Below, one piece after another: positions 44,905 through 54,072 of a stretch of DNA of 64,000 nucleotides. The stretch is taken from positions 3,076,936-3,140,935 of the forward strand of contig CBDBCY010000004.1 of the NCBI GenBank assembly GCA_965203555.1, in the 5' to 3' direction. The position numbers were made by a program, and so were the translations under genes. Position 1 is the stretch's first letter, and each line of letters begins with the position of its first letter. The DNA comes from Acidimicrobiia bacterium. GTDB taxonomy: Bacteria > Actinomycetota > Acidimicrobiia > Spongiisociales > ZC4RG35. The notes below the pieces were generated by a model. The model was not told where the DNA came from. It saw nothing but the letters and a program-made list of their open reading frames with translations, and searched no databases.

Positions 44905-45693
44905 TTGCTTTTGATCAGACTCGAATCGGTAACCAAGATTTACAAGGGTGGAACGGTGGCTGCCCGCGATGTGTCCCTCAACATACGGCGGGGAGAATTC
45001 GTCTTCTTGGTGGGACCTTCGGGGTCCGGTAAATCGACCCTGGTCCGGCTCCTGCTGCGCCAGGAGAAGGTCACCCGCGGAACGATCTGGGTGGCAGGCA
45101 AAGACATCACCCGCCTTCCCGGGTGGAAGGTCCCGTTTCTGCGCCGGTCGATGGGCACTGTCTTCCAGGACTTCAAATTGCTGTCCACCAAGACCGTTGC
45201 CGAGAATGTCGCATTCGCCTTGGAAGTCATAGGCCGTCCGCGTTCGGTGATCCGCTCGCAGGTGGACCAGGTCCTGGAGTTGGTGGGCCTCGACGACCTC
45301 GGCGGCCGGTATCCCGATCAGCTTTCCGGAGGGGAACAGCAGCGAGTCTCCATAGCGCGGGCGTTTGTCAACCGGCCGCTGATCCTTTTGGCCGACGAGC
45401 CGACCGGGAACCTCGATCCCGCCACCTCGGTGGGGATCATGAGGATCCTGGACCGGATCAACCGGTCGGGGACCACCGTGGTGATGGCGACCCACGACCA
45501 CGCCATCGTCAATGCCATGAGACGCCGGGTGGTGGCGATCGACGCCGGCGAGATAGTGCGGGACGAACAGGTGGGAGGATTCGAGGAGTCCCAGGAAGCC
45601 GACAGGCCGCCGGCGCTCTCGGAAGACCCGGACATTCCGCTCCCGCCCGACACTGACGGGTACGGGTTGGGTCCGTCAGAGTTCTTGGAGTAG
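44905..45693 (+). CDS. ftsE: Cell division ATP-binding protein FtsE
   Basis: [36 protein letters not shown]. Confidence 0.95.
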   Translation: MLLIRLESVTKIYKGGTVAARDVSLNIRRGEFVFLVGPSGSGKSTLVRLLLRQEKVTRGTIWVAGKDITRLPGWKVPFLRRSMGTVFQDFKLLSTKTVAENVAFALEVIGRPRSVIRSQVDQVLELVGLDDLGGRYPDQLSGGEQQRVSIARAFVNRPLILLADEPTGNLDPATSVGIMRILDRINRSGTTVVMATHDHAIVNAMRRRVVAIDAGEIVRDEQVGGFEESQEADRPPALSEDPDIPLPPDTDGYGLGPSEFLE

Positions 45694-45699
45694 CTGTTC

Positions 45700-46596
45700 A
45701 TGGGCAGGTTGATTTTCCTGGTAGGGGAATCACTGATAAACCTCCGCCGCAATGCCCTGGTGGCCACCGGGGCGGTCCTGGCGGTCTTTATCTCCCTGAC
45801 GCTGGCCTTCGGCGCCTTGGTGGTAAACGAATTGCTGCGGCTCAACACGATCGGATGGCAGCAGGGCACCCACATCATCGTCTTTCTGAAAGATCCCGAC
45901 CAGGGCGGACTGGATGCCGGCGGGCAGTTGGCCTACCGGGATGACGTAGCCGCATGGGAGGAGGTGGCGGCGGTCAATTACGTGGACAAAGCCGGTGCCT
46001 ATGAAGAGTTCAAGGAGATATTCGCCTCCCGGCCGGAGTTGATCGAGGTGACCGATCCACTGAAACTGCCGGCCTCCCTTCGGATCGAGTTGCAGACCAT
46101 CGATCTGTACCGCGACGTGCAGTTCCGCCTGGCCGCCAACCCGGTGGTTTGGGAGGTGAGATCATTCGGGGAGCAGATCGACCAACTCTCCACCATTTCC
46201 CGGGTGCTCAACGTTCTGGGATGGGGACTTTCGCTGGTGCTGGGTTTGTCGGCGGTGATCCTTATTTCCAACACCATCAGCCTGGCCATCTACGCCCGGC
46301 GCAACGAGGTGTCGGTGATGAAGCTGGTGGGCGCTTCCAATTGGTTTATCCGGGTGCCCTTCGTCTTGGAGGGGTTGATCGAGGGTGTGGTGGGAGCGCT
46401 GCTGGCGGTGCTCACCGTCTGGGTGGCGTCGCGCAATCTTCACAGTCTGGGAGACACCATTCAATTGATCACTCTCAGCATTCCCGGCAGGTTCTTTCTC
46501 CGGTGGGGAGTGGTGCTGTTGCTGTTCGGCGCCACGGTGGGTGTGGTGGGGTCGCTTTTGGGACTGAGTCGACATCTCAGGGAAGTGGATTCGTAG
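45700..46596 (+). CDS. ftsX: Cell division permease FtsX
   Basis: ISNTISLAIYARRNEVSVMKLVGASNWFIRVPFVLEG. Confidence 0.95.
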   Translation: MGRLIFLVGESLINLRRNALVATGAVLAVFISLTLAFGALVVNELLRLNTIGWQQGTHIIVFLKDPDQGGLDAGGQLAYRDDVAAWEEVAAVNYVDKAGAYEEFKEIFASRPELIEVTDPLKLPASLRIELQTIDLYRDVQFRLAANPVVWEVRSFGEQIDQLSTISRVLNVLGWGLSLVLGLSAVILISNTISLAIYARRNEVSVMKLVGASNWFIRVPFVLEGLIEGVVGALLAVLTVWVASRNLHSLGDTIQLITLSIPGRFFLRWGVVLLLFGATVGVVGSLLGLSRHLREVDS

Positions 46597-46609
46597 TGGA
46601 TGGTTACAG

Positions 46610-47860
46610 GTGAAACGGGGATGGGGAGGTTGGGCGGCGGTTGCTCTAGGACTGGGACTGGCAGTGATGGTGTTGTCGCCCGGCTCGCCGGTTGAGGCGG
46701 ACACGGCTGAGGAGATCGCCCGGCATATCGCCCAATTGGAAGCTGAGTTGGAGGGGGTCCAGGAGGGAATAGCGGAGATCGAAGGATCGGTGGAGGCGAA
46801 CATGGAGGTCTTGATCGCCACGGAGGTGGAGGTCGATATCGCCCGTCATCGCCTGACCCAGGTGAGGGTGGAACTGGAGGCGGCCCGGGTCCGCTTGGTT
46901 CTGGCGGACGAAGAGGTGGCTACCGGGGAGCGACGAATCTCGGCAGTGGAGAACCGGATAGGAGTCCTGGAATCGCAGTTGGCCGCGATTCGGTCCCGGA
47001 TAGTGGAGAAGACTCATTCCATCGAGCGAAGGGCGGTGAATCTGTACATGGACTTCTTTTCGGCGGGTCGATGGGCGGTCCTTCAGCAGGATGACGTAAT
47101 AGATTTGACCCTGGGACGGGTCTATGGAGGAGATCTGCTGGCCGAGGCCGATCAGGAGCTCCGGGACCTGCATGCACTGGACCAGGATCGTGAGTCCAAG
47201 GAGATACTCTTGGAGAGAGAGCAGTCGGCTGCTTTGGACCAGTTGGCCCTTTTGGACGAGCAAAGGGAATTGCGGGTGGCTGAGTTGTGGGAGGTCGAGA
47301 GACTTCGCTTGGAAGCATCCTCGCAGTTGTTGGCGGTGGAGGAGCTCGTGGCAGGTGTGCAGGTGCAGATCCAGGCCTATCGACAAGAGAAGGAAGGCCT
47401 GCAGGAGGACGCGGCGGCTCTGGGCAGGGAGATCGCCTACCGGAAGGTGCTTTTGCAACGGGCGTTGCGGCCTGGGCGGTTGTCCTGGCCGGCGGACGGG
47501 CTGGTGACCTCGGGTTTCGGATGGAGGATCCACCCGATACTCAACCGTCGGATTTTTCACAACGGTCTCGATCTCGGATCGCCGACCGGTACGCCGGTTC
47601 GGGCCGCCGCCGCGGGCAGAGTCATCCTGGCCCAGTCGTGGAGTGGTTTCGGGAACACGGTGGTGATCCAGCACGGGGGAGATGTGACCACTACCTACGG
47701 CCACCTGTCCCGGTTCGCTACGTCGGTTGGTCGCAGTGTCGACGAGGGGCAGGTGGTCGCTTACGTGGGCTGCACGGGACTGTGCACCGGGCCGCACTTG
47801 CATTTTGAAGTTCGCGAGAGCGGTGTTGCGGTGGATCCTCTCAGGTACCTTCAGGGATGA
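46610..47860 (+). CDS. EnvC-like coiled-coil M23 peptidase
   Basis: Signal peptide, long coiled coil, HNGLD, YGHLS, TGPHLHFEVR; follows ftsEX. Confidence 0.9.
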   Translation: MKRGWGGWAAVALGLGLAVMVLSPGSPVEADTAEEIARHIAQLEAELEGVQEGIAEIEGSVEANMEVLIATEVEVDIARHRLTQVRVELEAARVRLVLADEEVATGERRISAVENRIGVLESQLAAIRSRIVEKTHSIERRAVNLYMDFFSAGRWAVLQQDDVIDLTLGRVYGGDLLAEADQELRDLHALDQDRESKEILLEREQSAALDQLALLDEQRELRVAELWEVERLRLEASSQLLAVEELVAGVQVQIQAYRQEKEGLQEDAAALGREIAYRKVLLQRALRPGRLSWPADGLVTSGFGWRIHPILNRRIFHNGLDLGSPTGTPVRAAAAGRVILAQSWSGFGNTVVIQHGGDVTTTYGHLSRFATSVGRSVDEGQVVAYVGCTGLCTGPHLHFEVRESGVAVDPLRYLQG

Positions 47861-47867
47861 GAACGTT

Positions 47868-48338
47868 ATGGGCGTGAAATTGATTGCCACCAACCGCCGG
47901 GCCCGGTTTGATTATGAAGTCCGGGAGACCTTCGAAGCCGGTCTGGTGCTGCTCGGCTCCGAGGTGAAGAGCCTTCGAAACCACGGCGCCTCGATCGGCG
48001 AGTCGTTCGCCACGGTCAAGGCGGGCGAAGCCTGGGTGATGGGCATGCGGATCGCTCCCTATTCGTTCGCCCGGGACGGAGGGCACGATCCTCTCCGCCC
48101 CAGAAAGCTCCTATTGCATCGCCGCGAGATCGACCGGATCTCCTCCCGGGTGGCGGAGCGAGGTCTGACGCTGGTGCCGTTGCGCTTGTATTTCAAGAAC
48201 GGAAAGGCGAAGATGGAACTGGCGCTGGCGAAGGGACGCACCAAGGGCGACAAGCGACAGGTGATCAGGGAGCGGGAGCAGCGCCGGGAGATGGAAAGAG
48301 GAATCCGCAGGGTGGGCCGCAGCCTGAGAGGCTTCTGA
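47868..48338 (+). CDS. smpB: SsrA-binding protein
   Basis: NRRARFDY, EAGLVLLGSEVKSLR, RKLLLHRREI, DKR. Confidence 0.98.
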   Translation: MGVKLIATNRRARFDYEVRETFEAGLVLLGSEVKSLRNHGASIGESFATVKAGEAWVMGMRIAPYSFARDGGHDPLRPRKLLLHRREIDRISSRVAERGLTLVPLRLYFKNGKAKMELALAKGRTKGDKRQVIREREQRREMERGIRRVGRSLRGF

Positions 48339-48409
48339 CCGGTCCGAAGAAAAGGGGGGTGCCTTTGTCACCCCGGCTTTGTATAGTGGGTTGGACCGAT
48401 ACTGGACAT

Positions 48410-48768
48410 GGGGGTGACTTGGATTCGACGTTGAGTGATCGTCGTGTCGGAAGCGAGCCGAGGTTTCCGGTCCCTCGTAAAACAACTGGGTAAACACAAT
48501 AAGTGCCAAACCACAAATGGCGCTGGCTGCCTGATAGATAGGTAGCCCGTCCTGTCCGCTGGGTTCCCGCCCCGCCGGGCCAGGGCGTCGCTAAAGCGGG
48601 ATGCCCCCGGCGGGTTTCCGGGACCGCCGGGCCAAGCCAATTCCGGATGGGCTCGGAAGGAAACGGCTGCCGTGATCCTTCGAGCCGACAACCAACCGGC
48701 AGCTGCGCTCGGAGAATTCGACACGAAGAACTCGGCGGACCGGGGTTCGACTCCCCGCACCTCCACCA
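48410..48768 (+). ncRNA. ssrA: tmRNA; tag peptide (A)AKPQMALAA
   Basis: 5' GGGGGTGA..GGATTCGAC; 3' GGGGTTCGACTCCCCGCACCTCCACCA; ATAAGT-GCC resume site at 48505, tandem stops TGA TAG. Confidence 0.96.
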
Positions 48769-48813
48769 AGAAAGCACTGTTACCCCAGGTCAACAGGCAT
48801 ATAACAATTCTAG

Positions 48814-50613
48814 GAGGCTGCTGAGTATTGGTGTTGGGGTGGTGGTGGGTCACTGGGCTTGATCTCGAAAGCGGCGCGGTGGGCGCGCCGGTTCTTGGGG
48901 GTGGTGGCCGGTGTGCTCCGGTGTTTGTTTGTTCTCTGTTGGGGGTCCCCGGTGTTAGATCGGGTTGGTGGCCCATCCGGTGTTGGTGGGGTGCAGTCCG
49001 AGGTTGATGAGCCTGCGCAGGTTGATCGCCGCTGCGCGGGTGTGTAGTTGTTGCCGGTTTCGGGTGGTGCCCCGGTAGCGGAGTTTGCGGTGGCCGTTGG
49101 CAACCAAGTGAGCGATCAGCCGCTCGACCGTCGGCCGGTACTTGTTGTACCGGTGTTTGGTGGGGGGATCTTTCCATTTTCGGCGGGCTTGGACCAGTAA
49201 CCGGTCATGGGGATGGATCCGCATCTGGCGACCCCGTCGGTTGGTGGTGCAACGACTCCGAAAACCACAACCGGTGCAGTGTTTTGCGAACCGGGCCCAG
49301 CCTTTGGGGCTGATGTTCACCGTTACCCCGGCCGGGCAGGTGATCTGTTTTCGGTCGTGATCCACCTCGAAATCGTCCCGGGTGAACTGGTCACTGCCCA
49401 ACCGATAGTTACCACGCAACGGTATCGGTTTCACAGTGGTGGTATACCCGGCCTTCTTCAACTTGGCGCGAACCTCGCCCGACCCGTACGCCGAATCAGC
49501 GATGACCTCCACACCAGCCGGATCGTCCACACCAGCCGGATCATCCATGCCAGCCGGATCGCCCTGACCAGCCGTTGCGTCTTTTTGCAGCATTCTCGCG
49601 CCGGTCTCCCCGTCGGGGGTATTGGCGGCGGTGACCTCAACGACGGTGATGATCTCCGTCTCCGGCTCGGCCGCTATGTGAGCCTTGTAACCGTCGCGAC
49701 GCTGCGACGATGTTTTGCGTCCGTGACGAGCCTGCGGGTCGACCACCGAGATCGTACGGTCACGGGCCACCCGCCGAGCGATACGCCATCTGCCCTCCCG
49801 GTCGGGGTCCGGTTCCACGTCCTGGCCGACCACCACCCCCAACAACCCCACCGCCTCCGACTGCCCAGCGTCCAAACGGGTGTTTTCCACCGCGTCCAGC
49901 ACCGCCTGCCCATCGGTGACCAACCTGTCGATCAACCCCGAACGACTCTGCGGATCCGACCAATCACACGACGGCTTACCGGCCTGTTCATAATCGCGGG
50001 ACAACCTCACCTGCCGCGCTCGGGATATCAAACGGCGAACCTTGCGTATCTGGAAACAGATCATCGTCACCGTGTCCTGCGTGACCACCGCATCATCCAA
50101 AATCGTAGAGTCCAACACCCGCCTGCGACGACCTCTCAAAATCCCGGTCTCGTCCACCACCTTCCTAACCGCGTCGAAAATCCGCTCCGGTGTCTCACTT
50201 TTGCGTAGTCTCGCCCGCCACAACGTCAACACCGTCGGATGAAACCCCCCATCCACAAGAGACAAACCCGCCGCGGCCTTCCACCGAATATCACACCGCA
50301 ACCGACCCATTCGCCTCCCGATCGGACAGGCCCTCCAAAGCCTGTAACACCATCACCGTCGCCACCACCGACCCCGGCACCGACGGACGGCCCCGAGGGC
50401 CGAACAAATCCTCGAACAACCCATCCGGGAACACCCCAGTCCGATGCTCGGCCAAAAACCGGTAAACCGACCCCTCCGGCACCAGATCACCGCACACCGC
50501 CATCGCGTCCAACAACTCCCGATCAAAACGTTCAACACCCAACATACCCCAAAATTATCCCACAACCCACCCCCCAAACCAAGCATCACCAACCCGAATA
50601 AATCAGCAGCCTC
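48814..50613 (-). mobile_element. IS1182-family insertion sequence
   Basis: Terminal IR GAGGCTGCTGA/TCAGCAGCCTC flanked by CTAG at 48810-13 and 50614-17; encloses the transposase. Confidence 0.85.
48955..50545 (-). pseudogene. IS1182-family transposase, frameshifted at ~50310
   Basis: GRPSVP..LQALEGLSDREA / RLRCDIRWKAA, LDST, DGYKAH, ADSAYG, TCPAG..C..C...C, RPTVER; one extra base separates the two ORFs. Confidence 0.85.
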
Positions 50614-50616
50614 CTA

Positions 50617-51429
50617 GGGCGTGTTCACGCTTTTAGGGTGTCGTGGATGAGGGCGAAGGTGATGAACGTTAGGTAGATGATGTCGAGTTTGTCGAAGCGG
50701 GAGAAGATACGCCGGTAGCCTTTCAGTCGGCGGAAGAGTCGTTCGATTTCGTTGCGTCGTTTGTATATCTTTTGGTTGTATGTCCAGGGGTGTTTGCGGT
50801 TGGTCTTGGGAGGGATGACCGGTTGGTATCCCAGTTGGTGGGCCAACTGTTTGGTTTCGTTACCCTCATACGCTCGGTCGGCGACGAGGAACAGCTGCAA
50901 CTGTTGGTGGCCGATCTTCTGTAGCAGTTTACGACCTGCCGGGGCGTCATGGGCTTGACCTGGGGAAAGAGCGAACGCTATAGCCGTTCGAGCATCCGCG
51001 GCAACCATATGAATCTTGGTGGTCCATCCCCCGCGGGATTTCCCGATCGATTGAGATCCCCCTTTTTTAGGGCGCCGGTCCCGTCGGGATGCACCTTCAC
51101 TATGGTGCTGTCCAGGGAGACTGTTTCCAGTTTGACGCGGATCAACTGTTCTTTTTGCAGCCGTTCGAACACTCGGTCCAGAACCCCGCTTTTGGCCCAG
51201 CGGTTCATGCGCATGTAGATGGTGTGCCATCTCCCGAACCGTTTCGGTAGCCCGCGCCATTTGCAGCCGTGTTCCGCCACGTACAGGATGGCGTTGAGGA
51301 CCTGCAGGTTCGATATCTTGACGTTGCCTCACTGGGTGGGGAAACAGTCCGATATCGGATCATATTGTTCTTGAGTTATCTTCATACGTTAATGATACCA
51401 CACCCCACCCCCACAGTGTGAACAGGCCC
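50617..51429 (-). mobile_element. IS5-family (IS427-like) insertion sequence
   Basis: IRs GGGCGTGTTCAC / GTGAACAGGCCC, each flanked by TA; about 810 bp. Confidence 0.85.
50625..51385 (-). pseudogene. IS5-family transposase: two frames joined at an AAAAAAG site, nonsense codon at 51329-31
   Basis: GCKWRGLPKRFGRWHTIY, SLDSTIVKVH, SRGGWTTKIH, ADRAY, YKRRNEIERLF; PTQ*GNV near the N-terminus. Confidence 0.85.
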
Positions 51430-51705
51430 TAATAGAACAGCACAACCCCGACCACAAACAAGAAGGGTCATGATTTCGCCGGTTGGATGGGGGCAGCCGA
51501 ACTCGGCCTCGACCCAGGGGTATCTGAGCGGGTGGTATGAACTCCCCTTTTCTAGCGGAGGCGACCATCCGCCATATCGGATGTATGATGGCGAGCCACA
51601 TAGTACCCATGGTGACCATCACAGCTTTTGGTAATCCCGCGTCGGCTCAGTAGGCAGCCAACCAAGGGGGGTTGCCCCTCGTTCGGATCTCCTACTATCT
51701 TTGGG

Positions 51706-51999
51706 ATGGTGCCCTTCACAGAAAAGGAAATCCAGCACATATCGAAGGCTGCCTCACCAGATGCTCTGGTGCCGGCCCCTCCAGAGGCCTCGGAGGTGGC
51801 GCATCGCATCGCGGATGCCGCCCTTGACGCCTACACCAAAGAGGACTGGCACTACGTGTTGAATGCCCTTCGCCCGGATCGCGCGGCGACATACATCTCC
51901 AGTCGGCTTCCCGAGGATCGCCCGGCACTCCTCTTGCTGATCGAGTCGCCAAGCCACCGAGCAGCAGTGGAGCGCCACTTAGTTGTCACCGCCGCTTAA
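51706..51999 (+). CDS. Small hypothetical protein, candidate antitoxin
   Basis: 97-aa ORF 12 bp upstream of a toxin-like ORF inside the islet. Confidence 0.5.
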   Translation: MVPFTEKEIQHISKAASPDALVPAPPEASEVAHRIADAALDAYTKEDWHYVLNALRPDRAATYISSRLPEDRPALLLLIESPSHRAAVERHLVVTAA

Positions 52000-52011
52000 C
52001 GGGGCGATCCT

Positions 52012-52284
52012 TTGCCCTTGGGCGTAGCACCCTCTGCCTGCAAACGCGGGGTCGCGTACCATGACGTAATCGCCGTGCTGCATCATCCAGAGTGGGCAAT
52101 GAGCATGCCTGATTTGGCGGAAATCGGCCTCGGTGAGAAAGGCAGACCCAACGTGGATGTTTACGGAGGGTACGACATCAACGATGTGCCACTGGTTGTG
52201 TTCGTAGACAGATTCGAGGAGATGGCTTTTCACTCTGAACCCGGCATACCGAAGTATGAGGAGCTTTATCCCGGCGGGCTATAA
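52012..52284 (+). CDS. Small BrnT/RelE-like toxin candidate
   Basis: SACKRGV..DVIAVLHHP...YGGYD..DVPLVVFV...FHS...KY resembles actinobacterial SARKHGI...GPDRAGNLLEV...IHAM...KY proteins. Confidence 0.55.
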   Translation: MPLGVAPSACKRGVAYHDVIAVLHHPEWAMSMPDLAEIGLGEKGRPNVDVYGGYDINDVPLVVFVDRFEEMAFHSEPGIPKYEELYPGGL

Positions 52285-52558
52285 AGGCACGGGAGATCCG
52301 ATGCCGCCTTAGGCGTCCCCCCAGAAGTGGGTTGCCAGTGTGTGGGCACCCCGTCTTGTGTTGTGGGACACTGTGTGGGATAAGTGGCAGAATATGGCTA
52401 TCTAGCTGGGTGTTCTGTATCCCCGCACCTCCACCATTCTCAGGCTATTTGCCCGGGAGGACAAATTAGGGCAGAGCAAAGTGGCGGAAACTGTCTGGCT
52501 GGGTCTTCTATAATCCCGCGTCCACTCAAAACCACTGGGGAACATGAGGTGAGTTGAA

Positions 52559-53353
52559 TTGGGTGACGTCAGCTTCGATGGGATCGCTGAGGAGTTTGAG
52601 TCCGATATCTACGGTTCCACCAAGGGCGCGGTCCGACTCGCGGTCCTCTGGAGCGTGCTGAACGACAATGTGCCGGCATTGGCTGATCGGCCGATGCGCA
52701 TCCTTGATGCCGGAGGTGGGTCCGGGCATATGGCGGTACGGCTGGCCGGCCTGGGCCATTCAGTGGTCCTGTGTGATATCTCCGAAGAGATGCTCGCCAG
52801 GGCCGCTATAAGAGCCGCGGAGGCCGGAGTCACCGATGCAATCGAGATCCGCCATCTGTCGATTCAGGGGTACGCGAACATCGCAGACTGCAAGTTCGAT
52901 CTCGTTCTGTGTCATGCAGTCCTTGAGTGGCTCGACAATCCGAAGTCTGCCGTTAGAGACCTGGCGCGGTTGGTGAAGCAGGGAGGTCAGGTATCTGTGA
53001 TGTTCTACAACCGTTTCGCTTCGCTCCTCAAGCGGACCCTGGCCGGTGACTTCGAAGCCGCCCTCGGAGACTATCAGACCGGCCCGATCAGGCGGGGGTG
53101 GGGGGAAGGTGCGACCGCCCTGGACAACGAGGTGGTGGTTTCGTGGCTCGAAGAGCAGGGTCTGGAAGTGAGTGCGAAGGCGGGCATCCGGATCTTTCAC
53201 GATCACGTGGTCGACAAACTAGGCGGACCGCGCAGGCTCACTCAGCTCATAGACCTGGAGAAGGCGGTTTGTCGGTCCGAGCCCTTCGCATCCCTCGGTC
53301 AACACACCTACCTCACCTGTCGGCGGGTTGGACTACCTGCAGAGGACGCGTGA
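52559..53353 (+). CDS. Class I SAM-dependent methyltransferase, CmoM/SmtA-like
   Basis: FDGIAEEFESDIYGSTKGAVR, ILDAGGGSG, FDLVLCHAVLEW, SVMFYN, GIRIFHD. Confidence 0.85.
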   Translation: MGDVSFDGIAEEFESDIYGSTKGAVRLAVLWSVLNDNVPALADRPMRILDAGGGSGHMAVRLAGLGHSVVLCDISEEMLARAAIRAAEAGVTDAIEIRHLSIQGYANIADCKFDLVLCHAVLEWLDNPKSAVRDLARLVKQGGQVSVMFYNRFASLLKRTLAGDFEAALGDYQTGPIRRGWGEGATALDNEVVVSWLEEQGLEVSAKAGIRIFHDHVVDKLGGPRRLTQLIDLEKAVCRSEPFASLGQHTYLTCRRVGLPAEDA

Positions 53354-53403
53354 ATCAGTCAGAGACATCAGAGCACAAAACACGACGGATGGAGGACACC
53401 ATT

Positions 53404-53830
53404 ATGCGTGTAGTTGTCGGCTGGATCGTCTTGGGAACGCTGCTCGCCGTCAGCGTGTTGGGTGCAATATCGGCCCAAAACAACCGAGTCGCGATTTGGA
53501 TGGTGCTCGCCGCCGCGGTTGCAGCAGGGCTGGGCGGGATGATCACGGAGGTCGAGTCGGTGCCGAGGAGTGACGGAGAGAGGGTGCTGCTTTCGGTCTT
53601 GAGACCCAATGTTGTCCGTCGCAGCGGGCGTGGCCACCCTCCTGAGCACCATGGTTGCCGGCTGCGATGACGAGGCCGGGGTTCCGAGCTGGGAGCGCTG
53701 CCACACATGGTTGGACACCCCGACCGTCGACTGGCCAGGAGCATCTCTATTCGCACTTGCGCTCGCCCTGGGCGTCGGCTACCTGGTCTGGTGGCTCTTT
53801 GGGAGGGTGTTCCCGGACCGTGTGGAATAG
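53404..53830 (+). pseudogene. Four-TM membrane protein, copy 1, frameshifted at ~53608
   Basis: Aligns with the intact copy at 58120-58548; one extra base in AGACCCAATG. Confidence 0.75.
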
Positions 53831-54072
53831 CGGTTCGGGCTCGTTTCACACCAAGGCCAGCGGCGATGTGGAATTGAATCGCCCTGGATAACCATCGCAA
53901 CGAAATGGCCCGACGCCTTGTGGTCTTGCACCGGGTACCCGACACCCTCGGAGTGCTACCGTTCCGAATGTCGCTGTCCTTGCCGCTTCGTGAGGGCGAG
54001 ACAACCCGATTCTGGGCCGGTTGGAACGGTTGACGGCGCTGACACGCCCACTGCCGATCTTGTGAGAAAGGG

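Larger units (their letters stand above)
48752..52436. mobile_element. Small genomic islet integrated at the ssrA 3' end; no integrase seen
   Basis: Exact 17-bp direct repeat TCCCCGCACCTCCACCA at 48752-48768 and 52420-52436. Confidence 0.85.

Noticed and set aside
48265-48777. 170-aa minus-strand ORF starting MLSWWRCGESNPGP
   Set aside because: It is the antisense translation of the tmRNA gene.
51329-51331. In-frame TGA in the IS5 transposase as recoding or selenocysteine
   Set aside because: Best explained as a CGA-to-TGA nonsense change at an expected Arg position; no reason for Sec in a transposase.
53875-53887. TGAATCGCCCTGG, similar to the IS3 end at 57846
   Set aside because: The match stops after about 13 bp and is in the same orientation, so it cannot be the partner IR.
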